A stretch of DNA of 64,000 bases, from NCBI GenBank assembly GCA_973895155.1, contig OZ316899.1, positions 10,877,135 to 10,941,134 of the forward strand. Reading direction: 5' to 3'. This document shows positions 1 through 13,776 of the stretch, one piece after another. Both the position numbers and the translations under genes were made by a program. A model generated the notes under the pieces. That model had not been told where the DNA came from, made no database searches, and saw nothing but the letters and a program-made list of their open reading frames with translations. This DNA comes from Marsupella aquatica. Lineage: Eukaryota; Plantae; Marchantiophyta. Positions within the stretch are counted from its first letter, which is position 1; each line of letters begins with the position of its first letter.

Positions 1-1295
1 CTGATAAGAACGAAAAGAGCACCTTCAACCACACCAACGTGGCGGTACTACACAAAATAGCAAAATCAATTGCACTGGGAGCTTCTTTAAAGCAAGAGCT
101 GCAAAAGAAAAATCTGACCACACAAACTCGTTTTGCAGTACAAGTGCTTCGCTCGATGTATGGCCTGAAACAAAGCGGATTAACTTGGTATAAAAGATTT
201 AAATCCGAAATGCTAGCAATGGGATTTACGAATGCTGACATAACACCATGCATATTCATAAAAAAAGAAGGACAATAACTCATAATCATCGCCATATACG
301 TGGATGATCTAAACCTATTTGGGACCAGCCGAATCATGCTGGAAACTATTAAATTACTGAAACGGGCATTCAAGGTGAGAGATTTGGGGCAGACTACATT
401 CCGCCTCGGATTGCAATTCGAACACTTGCCCACTGGAATTCTCCTACATCAATCTACATACACTAGAAAGATATTGAAACAATTTAACATGCACCAGGCA
501 AAACCAGTCCAATCCCCAATGGACATTCGCTCCTTGGATAAGGATAAGGACATCTTCTAGAAGAGAAACGAGAACGAGCCACTACTTGGCTCAGAAAAAC
601 CATACCTATCTGCTATAGGTGTGCTAATGTTCCTCGCCAACCAGACAAGACCTGATCTGGCATTCTCGGTGAACCTGCTGGCCCGCCACAGTGCAACATC
701 AACCATACGCCACTAGAACGGCATTAAGAGAATTTTCCGCTACCTCAAAGGTACCATAGATCTGGGATTATTCTACCCCAAGAACGCTACCTACTTACTC
801 ACTGGATATGCTGACATAGGATATTTGTCTGACCCTGAAGACGCCAAGTCACAGACCGGGTATGTGTTCTTGATGGGACAAACGGCGATCTTGTGGAGGA
901 GCAACAAGCAAACGCTCACCACGACTTCATCAAACCACTCTGAAATAATTGCATTATACGAAGCAAGCCGCGAGTGCATATGGTTATGGAACGTGATCAA
1001 CCACATACATCAGAACACAGGAACGCCAAGACTGACCGCACCTACACACATATACAAAGACAACCAACCATGCGTCAACCAAATTCAGGCAGGATTCATC
1101 AAGGGCAACAGGACAAAACATATTGCTCCTAAGTTCTTCACACACGAGTAGCAAAGCAAAAGCATCAAAGTACACTGGATTCCAAGCGAATCAAACTCTG
1201 CAGATATGTTCACGAAAGCTCTACCACCCACCCTCCACAGAAAACACGTCCATTCAATAGGGCTAAGGAGCTTATCTCAATTGCAATCAAACTAA
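1..1295 (+). pseudogene. Ty1/copia (Bianca-like) pol: reverse transcriptase + RNase H, disrupted by in-frame stops
   Basis: Motifs MYGLKQSG..WY, IYVDD, RPDLAF, GYAD..YLSD...KSQTGY, SSNHSEI and RTKHIAPKFF. Stops fragment the frame, and the 5' part lies outside the window. Confidence 0.93.
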
Positions 1296-1869
1296 CATAA
1301 CTCGGGATTGCAGCTGATGCGCTCCCATACCTTTCAATGGGAGATCCGCCTGACCGCCTCCCGATGTACCCCTACATTATTCAGGGGGAGACCCGCCCGA
1401 TGATAAATAATAACCAGCAACCTGGGAGCAGAAGCGCATTCCCAACCAACGAGGCACCTCCACACAAGAACACGTCAAGAACATCAAAATTACCAAGCAT
1501 CGACGATAACACACGCACCAGAAGAAGCCTCCGCCACTACAAACTCCACACTACCAATACATTACGCAACACAGAACGACAACAATACACGACATTCCAT
1601 CAAAAGACACCAACACCAATTAGAATTGATATTATACATTAGCATATAAGACTACATTAGCCAACTACAACAATACTCTTAAGTTCAATTACAAATTACA
1701 TCACTCATACATTATGGAGGGAATGGTAATACTCTTTCCCCCCATAAGAAAGGAGGGGGGGGGGTTTAATGAGATTACATTCCCCCATAATACAAACCCT
1801 AAAAGATCAACAAGAATCATTCAAGTAGGCTTTAGTTGGTTGCAACATTTCCTCAAACCATGTTACACC

Positions 1870-1882
1870 CAAGGGGGAGTGT
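1870..1882 (+). promoter_or_regulatory. Copia polypurine tract followed by TGT (probable start of 3' LTR)
   Basis: CAAGGGGGAG|TGT about 580 bp after the RNase H stop. Confidence 0.7.
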
Positions 1883-2020
1883 TGTAACCCGAGTAACCTG
1901 AGTTAACTCTAGCTTACCTAGAACTAAGCCTACCACGGTTAGGCTCAAGACCAACTGCCCAACCGCCTTACCTACCTAAGGGACTATATGTATCGGATGA
2001 GGAATGAATGGAAGAACTGA

Positions 2021-2724
2021 TTGTCAATGAGCTATAACAATAATCAGATTATCAAGGATAAACTGACTCGGACCCAAGGGGAGTTGGCCGATGCGGTCAA
2101 GGAAAGGGAGAAGTGGAAGCAAGAACTAAGGCACGCAGAGGAGGCCCACATAGCAACCAACAATTGGGCCATGGCGGAGACCCAGAGGAGGGAGAGGGCG
2201 TTGAAGGGGGAGCTTGAGGATATCCGAGGAGCCCTTGAGCAGAAGGAGGCCGAGTTAGGGAAATCCTATCAAGGGATTATTGTGCTACAGCAGGAGCTTG
2301 CATCGCTGACGGCCAGCTTCAAGGCCAACCTGCGTGAGAAAGACAACCAGCTCGATCAGACTTATACCAAGATGAATAAAATGGAGTCTGAGGTCGTAAC
2401 GGAGCTCAACAAGGAGCTAAGAGCAACCCAGGAGGAGAGGGCTACCTTAAAGAAGGAATTGGAGTAAGCCTAGAAGGAATTGGAGGAAGCCCAAAAGGAG
2501 CTGGAGGAGGCACGAAAGGACCTGGACGAAACACAGGAGGAGTTGGAAGAAAGCATGAGGAAGATGGAGAACTTACAGCGGCGGGCCGACAACCAAACGG
2601 AGCGGCTAAAGAAACAGGCCGCAGTATTTAAGTGCTTGGCTTCATCAGTTCCAACTCCAATTGGAGCAACCAAGTTGCCAGGAGTAGTATTGGCCGAAGG
2701 ACAAGCCGCAACACTCGCACCAGT
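2021..2724 (+). pseudogene. 5' half of a coiled-coil ORF, probably within a long gypsy LTR (family C); split by the solo LTR inserted at 2725
   Basis: Heptad-rich E/K/L/Q ORFs 2021..2467 and 2480... Removing 2725-14561 plus one CCAGT copy rejoins ATLAP|VPEVSGKGKG. Confidence 0.7.
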
Positions 2725-2981
2725 TGTGATGCCGCTGGTACGATGGGTAATGAGTGATTCGGCCTAATGACGCTTAGCACGTGCATTAGGGGTATCTTAG
2801 GCCGTAATTATTAGCATAACGATACTATTTAGGTAGCCATTATGAGTAGGAAATCATTAGTCAATAAGGGGCGTTCGTGTTTGGGCTGGCGGCGGGTTTC
2901 CATTCGCACGCCCGGGTTGCGAGCATGTGATGGGCCCTCACCTTTCACCCTCGGGTCCGTATAACAAATTTTGGGAGGCAG

Positions 2982-3755
2982 TGTTGCGAGGACTTAAAGT
3001 TAGGGGCTCCTCGGGAAAACTGCGCGTTTCTGGCTGCGATTGGGATAGGTGACAAACACTTTTCGGAGCAAACTCTCACTCCTTTATATTTTTTACTTTT
3101 CTCACAAAGGTTACAATAGGTGCCCTCGAGTAAGCTTGCCCGCAAGAGTCTGGTAGCTGGCCCTACGGCGGGCCGCTACCTCTAACTTGTCGAGTAGAAC
3201 TCCTCGAGTGACTAACTACTCAAAATCTGACAGAAAAACTATCCTCCTTAGCTCACAAAACCAAAACTCGACTAGCTACTCCACTAGTCTAAAACAGCTC
3301 ACACGGAACTCGGGCCTAGACCAACAAGGCTCCAAACTCGAGAAATCCCCGCCTGGATCGAAAACTCCACACCTGGATCCAACACTTGCCCAGAACTCCA
3401 AAACCGCCGCACAACAGTCGAGTTCCGCAAAATGGAGCGGAACTCATAGAACGCAACTCAACGGATCTCAATAGACAACCGCCAACCTCAATGAGCCGAG
3501 GCTCAAGTCTTAAGTAGCATCGGAAACCCAACCATCCAGCCTGAGCCAGCTGCCATCAGCAAGGCTCATCCAAACTCCAAGCATGGTGACTCACCCAAAC
3601 ACCAAACCTGGTGACGACGAGTCACCCAATCACTAAACCTCAATCCATCCAACTAAGCAGCCCCTCCGAGTCAGCATGCACGCAACCCAACCGGGGGGCC
3701 TCGCCCATCATCCCCTATAAAAGCCATTCCTGAGCCGAAATCTTTCGACACGACA
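2982..3755 (-). repeat. 3' LTR of gypsy A
   Basis: TGTTGCGAGG...CACGACA, a direct repeat of 9601-10375. PPT (minus TTTACTGGGGGAGGA) at 3756-3770. Confidence 0.93.
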
Positions 3756-3800
3756 TCCTCCCCCAGTAAACCTGAGCAGCCTCCGATCTGCTCCAATCCA

Positions 3801-6800
3801 TCAGATTTCCTCTAAGTCTAAGTCCAAACTTGAGCCATGCGCCTGGACCAGCGCCTCGTCTTCAAATTCACTCAAGTCGAAACTTGAGTCCATTCCCTTC
3901 TTGGTCCTCCTCTTGAAGATCTTCACCCTTTTCCCTACGTAAGGTACTTGGTGAACTGTTCCATCCAACTCCCGAATAATGTAGGTCGCATTTGCATGAA
4001 TAGCAACCACCACATACGGACCTTGCCACCTCCGAGCAAACTTGTTTCGGCTCAAGTGTTGCTCGTCCAACTTACTTTTGTAAACCAGAACCCAATCCCC
4101 TTCCTTAACCAAGACAGCCCTCAACCGATGAGTCTTGTCGAACCTGCCCTTGTTCCTTAACCTTGCCATCTTCAATTGCTTCCGAGCCACCTCAATCTTT
4201 GCGGGTAACAATGAAGTGTTTGATCCTTTGAGCCAGCAACTCCTCTTTCAAAACTTCATCTTTCCATCCAATCAGTTGCCAGCTACAAACATCTTCCTCG
4301 AGTGGCATCATTGGCAAGTGCCCAGTAAGTAGCTCAGCCGGAACGTATCCGGCCACTGAGCTACAAGTCATCTGATCCGCTAACAGAGCAAGTGGAAGGA
4401 GACTCGACCACCTGCCCAAGTCCCCATCACAAGCCTTAGCCAAAGCGCTCACAATCTGGATGTGCCCCCTTTCAGATTTCCCATTCCCTTCCGGATTGTA
4501 ACTCGAAGTCAACTTCAGTTTGATGCGGTATTGGTCAAAAAACTCTTGCGCTTCCTTGGAGCTGAGCTCCCCCCTATCAGCTCTGATCCTTGTAAAGCAC
4601 CCATGCCTTGCAATGATATCCTCAAAACTCTTGCGCTTCCTTGGAGCTAAGCTCCCACTATCAGCTCTGATCCTTGTAAAGCACCCATGCCTTGCAATGA
4701 TATCCTCAAGTATGAACTGGCAAACGGCAGCAGTAGTGTTCGAAACCAACGCTCTCCCTTCCACATAAGAAGACAAGTCTTCTCTCGCCAAAACCAAGTA
4801 TCTTGCCCCATTGCTCTCTCTCGGCATGTACACCACATCAACAGACTATTGAAAGTGTAGAGCCATGGGGTAAGTCGGAACCAATCCATCCCTATGTTGG
4901 ATCCTCGAGTAAAACTGGCAAATCTCGCAAGTCTCAACATAGTCTCGAACGGCCAAGTATAAACCTGGCCACCAGTATAGCTTCCAAACCCTCTCGTAAG
5001 TCAAATGCACCCCTTTGTGTCCAGCCATGTCAGCATCATGACACTCTTTGAGAATTTGGTCTTTCTCATCCTTAGTATCCACAACCCTCTGCAACAACTG
5101 ACTTGGGTCCTTATGCCTTCGCCACAAGTAGCCCTCCCTCAATAGGAACTTGTAAGATCTCTTCCGGATCTTGATGAACTCCTGGTAACTCCACTCTGGT
5201 TGCTTCTCCAAAGTGCTAATGTAACGCCCAATATCCAGCAACTCTCCCGAGTAGAGTTCTTCCTTGAACTCTAGACTTCCAACACTTTTGGTTCCGGTCA
5301 CCTCGCCAACTCTCGTTTCTACCTCATTTCCAAATCTCGCCCTTGACAGCATGTCGGCAACCAGATTATCCTTTCCTGCAATGTGACTTAGCTCAGGGTT
5401 GAACATCCGAATGAAAGCGATCCACCTGAGCATTGCTATGTCAAGCATGTCACAATTTGCAATCATCCCCAGCAGCGATTGGCAATCAGTCTCAACCACC
5501 ATCGGCGCCCCAATCAAATAGTTCCTCTCCTGATGGAATGCCACTTTGGCACCCCAAAGCTCCCTCTTAACTTGGGCATATCTCCTTTGCCTTTCCGTAA
5601 ATTTTTTTGCCCCAAATCTGATCGCATACCTTTCCCCATTCTCGTCATCTTGCCCAACAGCCCACCCGGTTGCGAACGGACTCGCATCAACAGTCATGAT
5701 CAGTGGTCGCTCGCTCTCATAGTCCGCAGCTTGGAGAACTGGCAGGCTCATGAGAGCGCTCTTAAGCTTAGCCATTGCTTCACTATGCTCGGGTAGCCAT
5801 CTCCACTTAACCTTTTTCCTCAACAGCTCATAGAGCGGGTCCGCCAAGTGCAAGAAGTGAGGGATCCAGATCTTGTAAAAGACACAAGCACCCAGAAACC
5901 TCCAAACTTCTGGCACCAATTTGCAATCCTTCATCTTGCTAGTAGCTCTCACCTTATCCATGTTCGGCTTCCTTCCATAAGATCCGCACATTTGCCCAAC
6001 AACTTTCACCTCTTTCATCCCGAATTCAGACTTCTCCCCCGAAAGAGTGACTCCCACATCAATCAGCTTCTCGAGAATCGCCTTAACATCAGCAATGTGA
6101 TCCCACACAAACTGCCGGATCCCATCACTCCTCAAGGTCTTATCCTTCCCTTCAGCCAAGCACCCCTTTATCGAGACATCATCAATGAACGGTCTTGCTT
6201 TTTCCAGAATGAACGACTCCAAGATTTTACTCATCGCATTTTGCATGTGCGCTACTGAGTTTGTCGCCCCTTGAGGAAGAGTGCACATCCTCAAGAGGCA
6301 CAGCGGGTCCTCATAGTCATAATGTCTCGGCTCTCTTGCGCCAACTGGAACTGGTCGTAACCCGAAAACAAATCACCCATGGAGTAGATCGCCCTCCTAG
6401 CGAACTCCTCCGCAAACTCATCCACAAGTGGCCCAACTCCCACATTCCTGATGGTCACCTTGTTTGGAGGTTGCATATCCTAAATGAACCTCAAGCTTCC
6501 ATTCTTCTTTCTCACTATAAACCATCTGTTCGAGTAGGGAGCATCAGACCTCTCAAGAATCCTAGCACTTAACTTCTCCTTAAGCAGTTCTGCAAGCTTC
6601 GGAGCTAAAGCCCGTGGAACGGAAATTGGTTTCAGATCCCACAAAACATGAGGGACAGTAAAGATGACCATTGGTGTCACCTTACTTGGATCCGCACAAC
6701 CAATCTCCTCAATCAAAAATGAGAATGCCTTGCCATGCTCCATTATCATCTTTCAAAATGCCACTTGCTCCACCTCTGTAAGTAACCCATCCAAACCAAT

Positions 6801-9560
6801 CTTAAGCTTTGCCAAACTCTCTTGAGTAAACTTATGCCCTATCCGATCAGTTGGCCTCAGCCTTGGTTCCAATCTTGCTGGATCCATAACCTCCATCGCA
6901 TCGTCCGGCAAAGGTATCGCCACCGGCCTCATCTTCTTGTCAACCGTCTTGTATTTGGTACTTGAGTATACAAGCACGGCCATAGACGAGTACTGCCTTT
7001 CCAACTCCTTCTCCAGCTTGTCCCTTCCCAAGTTAGACTCCGCACATTTGAGTGGCTCATCCTCTCCATTATCCATCGTGTTTTCCCCTTCACAAGGAGC
7101 TAAGGAACGAGCACTCCGCCAATCCACTCTTTTCAGCGAAGTGCCAAGTCGTTTTCTGGACCTGGACCAGAGTTGGCACTCTCAGTCCTCAACCCTTTCC
7201 TATTCCTCTCGTTTCCAGGTAAAACAGCCGGAAATTGAACCACCTCTTTTCCCATCTTTGCTCCAAACCTTCACCATGAAGGTAGTATCATCCAGAACCT
7301 TTGTCTCTATCCTCCATTCAGTGATGAACGGCATGCCCAGTATCACCGAAAATGACAAGTGCTCATGAACAAAAATGTTACAAGCCTGCTTGACATTCCC
7401 GAACTTCACCATCACATTCGGACATCCGCCCCAAAGATAGTCCTTCATTGAACTCACCGAGTTCACACTCCAAAGCAACTCATTATCCACCGGCCAATTC
7501 CCCTTTTGAAACACCTTTGGATCCATCAAGTTGATCTCCGAGCTAGTATCAATGAGCGCCCGCACCTTGCCTTCCATTCCTTCCAACTGGCACTCGCTCT
7601 CCGGACTTGCTCAAGCCCAGTATCCATCTCGGTAAGCATAACCGTTTCCTTTCATTGAGCCCATGACATGAATGGTCCTTGATTGCGCGGTAATGCCTTC
7701 TCACTCTTTCCCTTTAGTTGGGTCCCTGTTTGCCATAGACTCAGCTTTGCTTTTGGTTCCCATGAGCTCCTCTTCTGCATCGAAGAACTCATCGTCCAAG
7801 TCCATGAGCTCCTCTTCAAGGGACTTGACCCTCTTCGGTTTCCCCAAGTCTTACTCTTCGGGGCCAGCAAGCTTACTACTTGAACCCATGGACGCCCCAG
7901 CAATGTAAGTTTGGAAACTCCCAATTTCTGTCTCGCCAGCCTCCCCCATCAAGGTGTGAGGGCCCTCTTTGTAAATCCGTTTCCTCTTGGATCTCTCCCA
8001 GATCGCTTCCTGGATCTCCCGCCTCATACTGCCAAAGAACTTGGCATTGGTAAACCCTTGAGCCTGTTGGCTCCAGAACTTCTCAGCTACAACCTCCAGG
8101 TACATGGCCTGGTCCACATCCCTGCCAAGCACCCAGCCCGGGTCCATCCTGATCGGTTTCCCTTTCTCTGGCTCTTTCTCGCTCATTTCCTCTTCTTCAA
8201 ACCTAACCCTTCTTTCCTTGTCTCAAGTATCCCACCTCTCTCGTTCCCCTGATTGAGACAGAGTGTCATCCTCGTCAATTTTCTTCCTTTTTGACTCTAC
8301 CGAGGCATCCCCACTAGCCCCAACCTCAACCGTTATCGCATTGATCAGCACCGGGTCACTCCATCCGGATCTCTCTTGCACCAGATCCACCAAGCGCTTG
8401 TAAAACTTGTCCGTTTTCGTCAGGGGCCATCCAACTCCACATTGTAAACATTCGCTTCGAGGTGCAAAGAGGATGCCTCTTCGACTCGCTTCCCAACTCG
8501 CTTCTCAGCCAAAGCCTTCATGCCTCCCTTGTTGGAGTTGAATGGAATTGGCTCTTTAGTATTGGCAAACGATATCTTTTTTTGACCAACTTCACCGATG
8601 AACTTGATCAGCCCTTTATCCACAGCTTCCCTCAGGTCCAGGCACTCTTGTTTGTCATGCTCTTTGCTGTCGCACCACATGCATGGCCAACTCTGCATCT
8701 CTCGCTTCCTCTCGGGAGCACTTGCAACCCTTGGTTTTGGATTCTTGACCGCATGTGCCACCAAGATCTTTAGGTTCTGCATCATTTCCGCAAGATCATC
8801 CATCGATGGTTTGATCTCATCCTTCGCTGGTTCTCGCTTCCCTTTCCTCAATATCGGTTCCTGCAGCCTTAGGTCGAGAGTGGTAGCCTCGTTGTCTAGC
8901 TCTCACCGCCGGTGTCGATTGCTCACTTTTGACATCGCTTTCTCAACTTGGTTCCAGTCATTAGACAAGGTAACTCTCAAAGGTTCCAGCAGATCCATTG
9001 CATTCTCAAGCTCCTCTTGAAGGTCCTCATCGGCTGCCCTCAAGAAGAGCGTCGAGCGCTGCAACTCGATGATTCCCACATCCCGCTTTGGTAACTGAGA
9101 CACCATTCTCTTGAACTCCCTTAGGAGCTCTTGCGGTCCCTTTAGCTTCTTGTTCCTGTCATTCACCCAATCCAAGAAGGTAGCATGCGTGACCCGATGA
9201 GCATCCTCCGCTTGGAACTCCTCTTTCATCTTCTGGCCAAAGTCATCCTAGCCCTCAGCTGACTCAACGATGGTCCGCACCGTCGAACACAACTCCTTCT
9301 CAACCAGCACCATGAACTCTTTCACCGCCGTCCCTTTGTCCAACTTGTAGACAACTGCTTCTGTCAAGTAAGACTTAAGGTAGCTTGTCACATTTCTCCC
9401 ATCAAACTGCCCATTCTCCTTCAGAACCTCTTGGAGACACCGAGTAGTTCTATTCGCTTCCCTGTTTGCCCTTTCCGCCTCAAGCTCTTCCTTCCTTATG
9501 GTTCTCATCATCGACATGACGATGCTCGAGATCCGATCGACTTCGTCATAGTCACCCATC
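3801..9560 (-). pseudogene. gypsy A gag-pol, frameshifted
   Basis: gag zinc knuckle CMWCDSKEHDKQEC; protease LIDTSSEIN; RT DLFSGY, LPQGATNS, FIDD; RNase H TVDAS..KREL..VETD; integrase HHCC, IRAD, YNPEGNGKSER, RRWQGPY. Confidence 0.93.
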
Positions 9561-9600
9561 TCATCCAATTGCCCCAAGGAATTCCCAGTATGGTCGCCAA

Positions 9601-10375
9601 TGTCGCGAGGACTTAAAGTTCTAGGGGCTCCTTGGGCAAACTGCGTGTTTCTGGCTACAATTGGGACAGGCGACAAGCACTTTTTGGAGCAAACTCTCAC
9701 TCCTTTATATTTTTTACTTTTCTCACAAAGGTTACAATAGGTGCCCTTGAGTAAGCTTGCCTGCAAGAGTCTGGTAGTTGGCCCTACGGCGGGCCGCTAC
9801 CTCTAACTTGTCGAGTAGAACTCCTCAAGTGACTAACTACTCAAAATCTGACGGAAAAACTACCTCCTTAGCTCACAAAACCAAAACTCGACTAGCTACT
9901 CCACTAGTCTAAAACAACTCACACGGAACTCGGGCCTGGACCAACAAGGCTCCAAACTTGAGAAATCCCCGCCTGGATCAAAAACTTCACACCTGGATCC
10001 AACAATTGCCCAGAACTCCAAAACTGTCGCACAACAGTCGAGTTCCATAGAACAGAGCGGAACTCACAGAATGCAACTCAACAGATCTCAATAGACAACC
10101 GCCAACCTCAATGAGCCGAGACTCAAGTCTTAAGTAGCATCGAAAACCCAACCATCTAGCCTGAGCCAGTTGCCATCAACGAGGCTCATCCAAACTCCAA
10201 GCCTGGTGACTCACCCAAACACCAAACTTGGTGACGACGAGTCACCCAATCACCAAACCTAAATCCATCCAACCAAGCAGCCCGTCCGAGTCAGCATGCA
10301 CGCAACCCAACCAAGAGGCCTTGCCCATCATCCCCTATAAAAGCCATTCCTGAGCCAAAATCTTTTGGCACGACA
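9601..10375 (-). repeat. 5' LTR of gypsy A; PBS at ~9584-9599
   Basis: TGTCGCGAGG...CACGACA. Minus-strand TGGCGACCATACTGGG follows the LTR almost immediately. Confidence 0.93.
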
Positions 10376-11169
10376 ACGGCCATTGACACGAGCAGACCCG
10401 GACCGGCGGAGTGGCCGGTACACTGCAAGCGTGAAAGGCTTGGCCTATAAGCGACGAGGAGGCGTCGGGCGATCGACGAGCTTTCAGGGTGTAAAAAGGG
10501 GGCCGATCCTTTGCAGTGCACCAGTTCTTCAGTCCACGCGCTAGCTTCGACCCCAGTTCTCTTGCTTATCCTTAGTGGCCTTCTATCTCCTCTGAATATC
10601 GCACACAATCCTTTCCAATTCGGCCATACGATTCTGGACGCAGTTCCTGTCTATCGGAGGGCACTTGGCCGACTCATTAAAACACGCCAACCCATGCCGA
10701 TAAGAAATCAAACGCAAATACGAGAGAGTCATCCGCCTAGCAGGCCGCCACCACTATCTCCTTAACTTTGATTACCCGTCCCAGAGCAAGCTTTACCGAC
10801 CCGAAGAGATATCAGGGTACTTCTTTGACGAAGGCAAATATATTGGATTCTGGGAGGCACTGCTTTGGCTTTCGGACGAGGTCTTCAATATCCCGGGCAC
10901 GATTGACTTACAGCGGCACCACTTTGACTTGTCCCCGCTCGGGTCCGGGACATCATCAACAGTGAGTCCAACACTACCCAGTCTACAAGGGCGTCTACAC
11001 TTGCTTCAGAAAACCTCTACCGGCACCTGCAGAATTTCATGGCAACCGTACCATCGACCACTGATGCCAGCCTACCGTGCCCGTGCCCGCACCAGCACCA
11101 GCTTAGGCTCAGGCTCTGGCTCCGCCTCAGCCTAGCCAAACCCCGCCACCAGTCGCCCCGCCCATACAG

Positions 11170-13240
11170 GTGAGATCCGTCGTCAACGCCGTAGATCTCA
11201 GTGACGACAAAGAGGCTGCGTTACCCCTGTTTAGGCGGCCCAGAGGAGCAAGCACTCAGGGAGCTGGGACTACATCGCCCCCTCCCCAGGCCCGGACCCG
11301 AGTAGCAGCTCCAGTGGATAACACGGTGATTGTAGCCGCCCCGGCCCCAATACTAACGGCGGTATCACTACCTATACCTGATCAAGAAGATGGGGAGGTG
11401 TCACCCTCCCCAAGCCAGTCTCAGGGAAAGAAGAGGAAGGAACCCGCAGCCGTATCCAGGTTACCCATGGCCACGGTAGCCGCGGCCAAGGTGACAATGC
11501 ACCGCATGGGGGAGAACGTGCATAAGAACATCCTCCACCCCAAACATGCGGTGTACTTGAAGACTCAAGGGTTTAAGCACCTCGCCTCTCTCCCCTAGAA
11601 CTCCTGCAGGTACTACAGGGAGGATATGACGGAGTTCGTCAAGACTTATGACGATGTCCGTCAGCATACTTGGCTGCGGGGGAGGAATATGTCCCTCACA
11701 GAAGAGCGGCTCAGGATGATCTTTGGGCTACCCGAGGGTGATCATCGGGTCAAATCACGGGCTCCTGGAGGCAAAGGAGCCAAGTACCAATCCTTGAGTT
11801 TTCCCTCCGAGGGGTCAGTGGACAACGGGTTCGTGATGAGGACCTGCCTCATCCCCAAAATAGCCGAGCAGCTGGAGTTCCAAAGGTACGCCCTCCACAT
11901 GATGGAAACCCGGGGCAAGATCTCCGTTGCCCAGGTTATCCAGGTCGAGAACTATCGACCTAGGAAGTGGGCGTCGTACTTTGCTAAGAAGTTCCATGAA
12001 GAGATGGAGCGGCGAAGGAAGGTGCTATACATCGGCAGGAAGGCATATTTTGCGAGCCACATCAAGATAATTCTTGAGTGGTACGCCCGGTTTGATCGAC
12101 GAACCCTTCCCCAGATCAACGTAACTAAGTTGGTCCTAGCTAGGTGGGTCTTCCCGGCCCTGGATAGACGGCCCCAACCCGAGGCCCGAAGTCTGGCGGC
12201 CACGCAGGCCTCACCCACCCCACCTCCACAAGTAGCCATAGCCGTAGCCGTGGCCGAAGTGGTACCAGACGAGGCAGTAATCATGACCTTAGACACGATC
12301 AACCAGACCGGGCCGAGAGCAGAAGTTGAAGCGATAGAAGACTTGGCTGAGCCCGAGGGTCCAGAAGACCCACCGGTGGCTATTTCGGAGGACAAGACGA
12401 TGATGGAGGAAGACACTCTAGCCCCTTCCAACCCTACATCCCCGGAACTGGATGTCACTACCCCGGCCCCCGCGCAAGTTAACGTCTGCCCGTGCCCAAA
12501 TCCGGACGGGCACAAATTGGACCACTCGGAACTCTTCGTACTGGGTACAATTTCTGAATGGGCTTTTGGGAGATTTCTCCCAATAGATTGCCCGGGATAT
12601 CGGGGATTTCATGGACCGGAAGGTAGCCTACTTCTTCAATCAGGAGTTGGTTACCGCAGTAAAGGTAGGTAAGGCCCAGTCAGAGGCCTCTCAGAGGATA
12701 GAGCGGTACCGGGTTGAGTCCATGTACCTAAAGGACAAAGTTGCGGCTCAAGAGGCTGAGCTTCTGCAACTACAACCCAAGGTTGCAACCGCCGATGAGT
12801 TGTTAGCAAATGCGCACGCCCTTACTGCCCTAGATGAACAGGCCAAAGCTGGGAAGGAGGCCGAGATTGCACGGCTCCGGACCCAGGTTGACAGTTTGAA
12901 GAACCAAACTGTCATCTGGCAGAAAGACTTGGAGGAGGCCGAAGAGCGGGCCCAGCGTGACACTGCGAAGATAGCCGCCCTACAGGCCGAGGTAGAGCGG
13001 CTTCAAACCAAAGCCGAGAAGCAGAGCCAGATGGTGGACAAGCTGACGAGCAATGCCCAGCAGCTAGAAGAGGCATGCCAAGAGGCAGTTGAGGAGACGG
13101 AGGCGGCGAAGCAAGAGAACAAATCTCTGCTAGACCAAGTCCAACTCCTCAAGATGAACAACGACAGACTCCGTAGGCAAGGATGGTCGCTCCCACTTGG
13201 ACGAGTCTGGCAAGCGCACCAGGCATTAGCGGAGGGTTAG
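11170..13240 (+). pseudogene. LTR-embedded ORF of family B, disrupted copy
   Basis: ORFs 11170..11598, 11626..12672 and 12611..13240 together closely match the open 670-aa ORF at 30732..32744. Confidence 0.85.
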
Positions 13241-13335
13241 GCTTAGAATAGAACTAGGAGTAGCTAAAACAGGCTGTTAGGACAAGCGCCGGCCAAAAGA
13301 TAGCGGCGCTGACACATTAGCCAACGTGTGTAGAA

Positions 13336-13776
13336 CTCGGGGGGGTCACTATATGAAGGGTCTCTTTACCGGGGTGCAAGCCAAGCACATTGACAAAGGA
13401 GAAGGGTACTGTAAACTGTGCAGTGGAACAGTAGAAACTATCCCCCATCTTTTCTCCCAATGTACTCATGCCAAGAGATGTTGGTCATTAGCTACAGCGT
13501 GTTTCGTAGGTACCTTTACTGATTATGCGGATCTCGGGGGGGTCACTATATGAAGGGTCATACATCACGTGCGACGATTGGGTCATTTATGACCCCCCTA
13601 AGTCACTTTCTAGAAAGTTGTACGGCACCAATCATGTGATGACACGTATGCATTTTGCAATTAAACAACCCTATATTTCCATAGAAGACTTAATAAGTCT
13701 TCCGCCAAAACCATTTAAATGGCCCTATACTTCGTCGCACATGATATGCCACTTCCATGGAAGTGACCCCCCCAAG
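13336..13776. mobile_element. Composite MITE with 8-bp TSD GTGTAGAA and a captured LINE zf-RVT fragment
   Basis: TIRs CTCGGGGGGGTCACT...AGTGACCCCCCCAAG. TSD at 13328-13335 and 13777-13784. Second left end at 13533. Peptide CKLC..ETIPHLFSQC..A..CW lies between the two left ends. Confidence 0.85.

Larger units (their letters stand above)
2982..10375 (-). mobile_element. Near-complete Ty3/gypsy retrotransposon (family A), decayed
   Basis: Two ~775-bp LTRs with TG..CA ends, PBS and PPT, and gag-PR-RT-RH-INT order on the minus strand. Confidence 0.95.

Noticed and set aside
11952-12515. Antisense and alternate-frame ORFs over transposon genes (also 31426..31983, 17773..18387 and similar)
   Set aside because: These are shadows of the real opposite-strand frames and have no motifs of their own.
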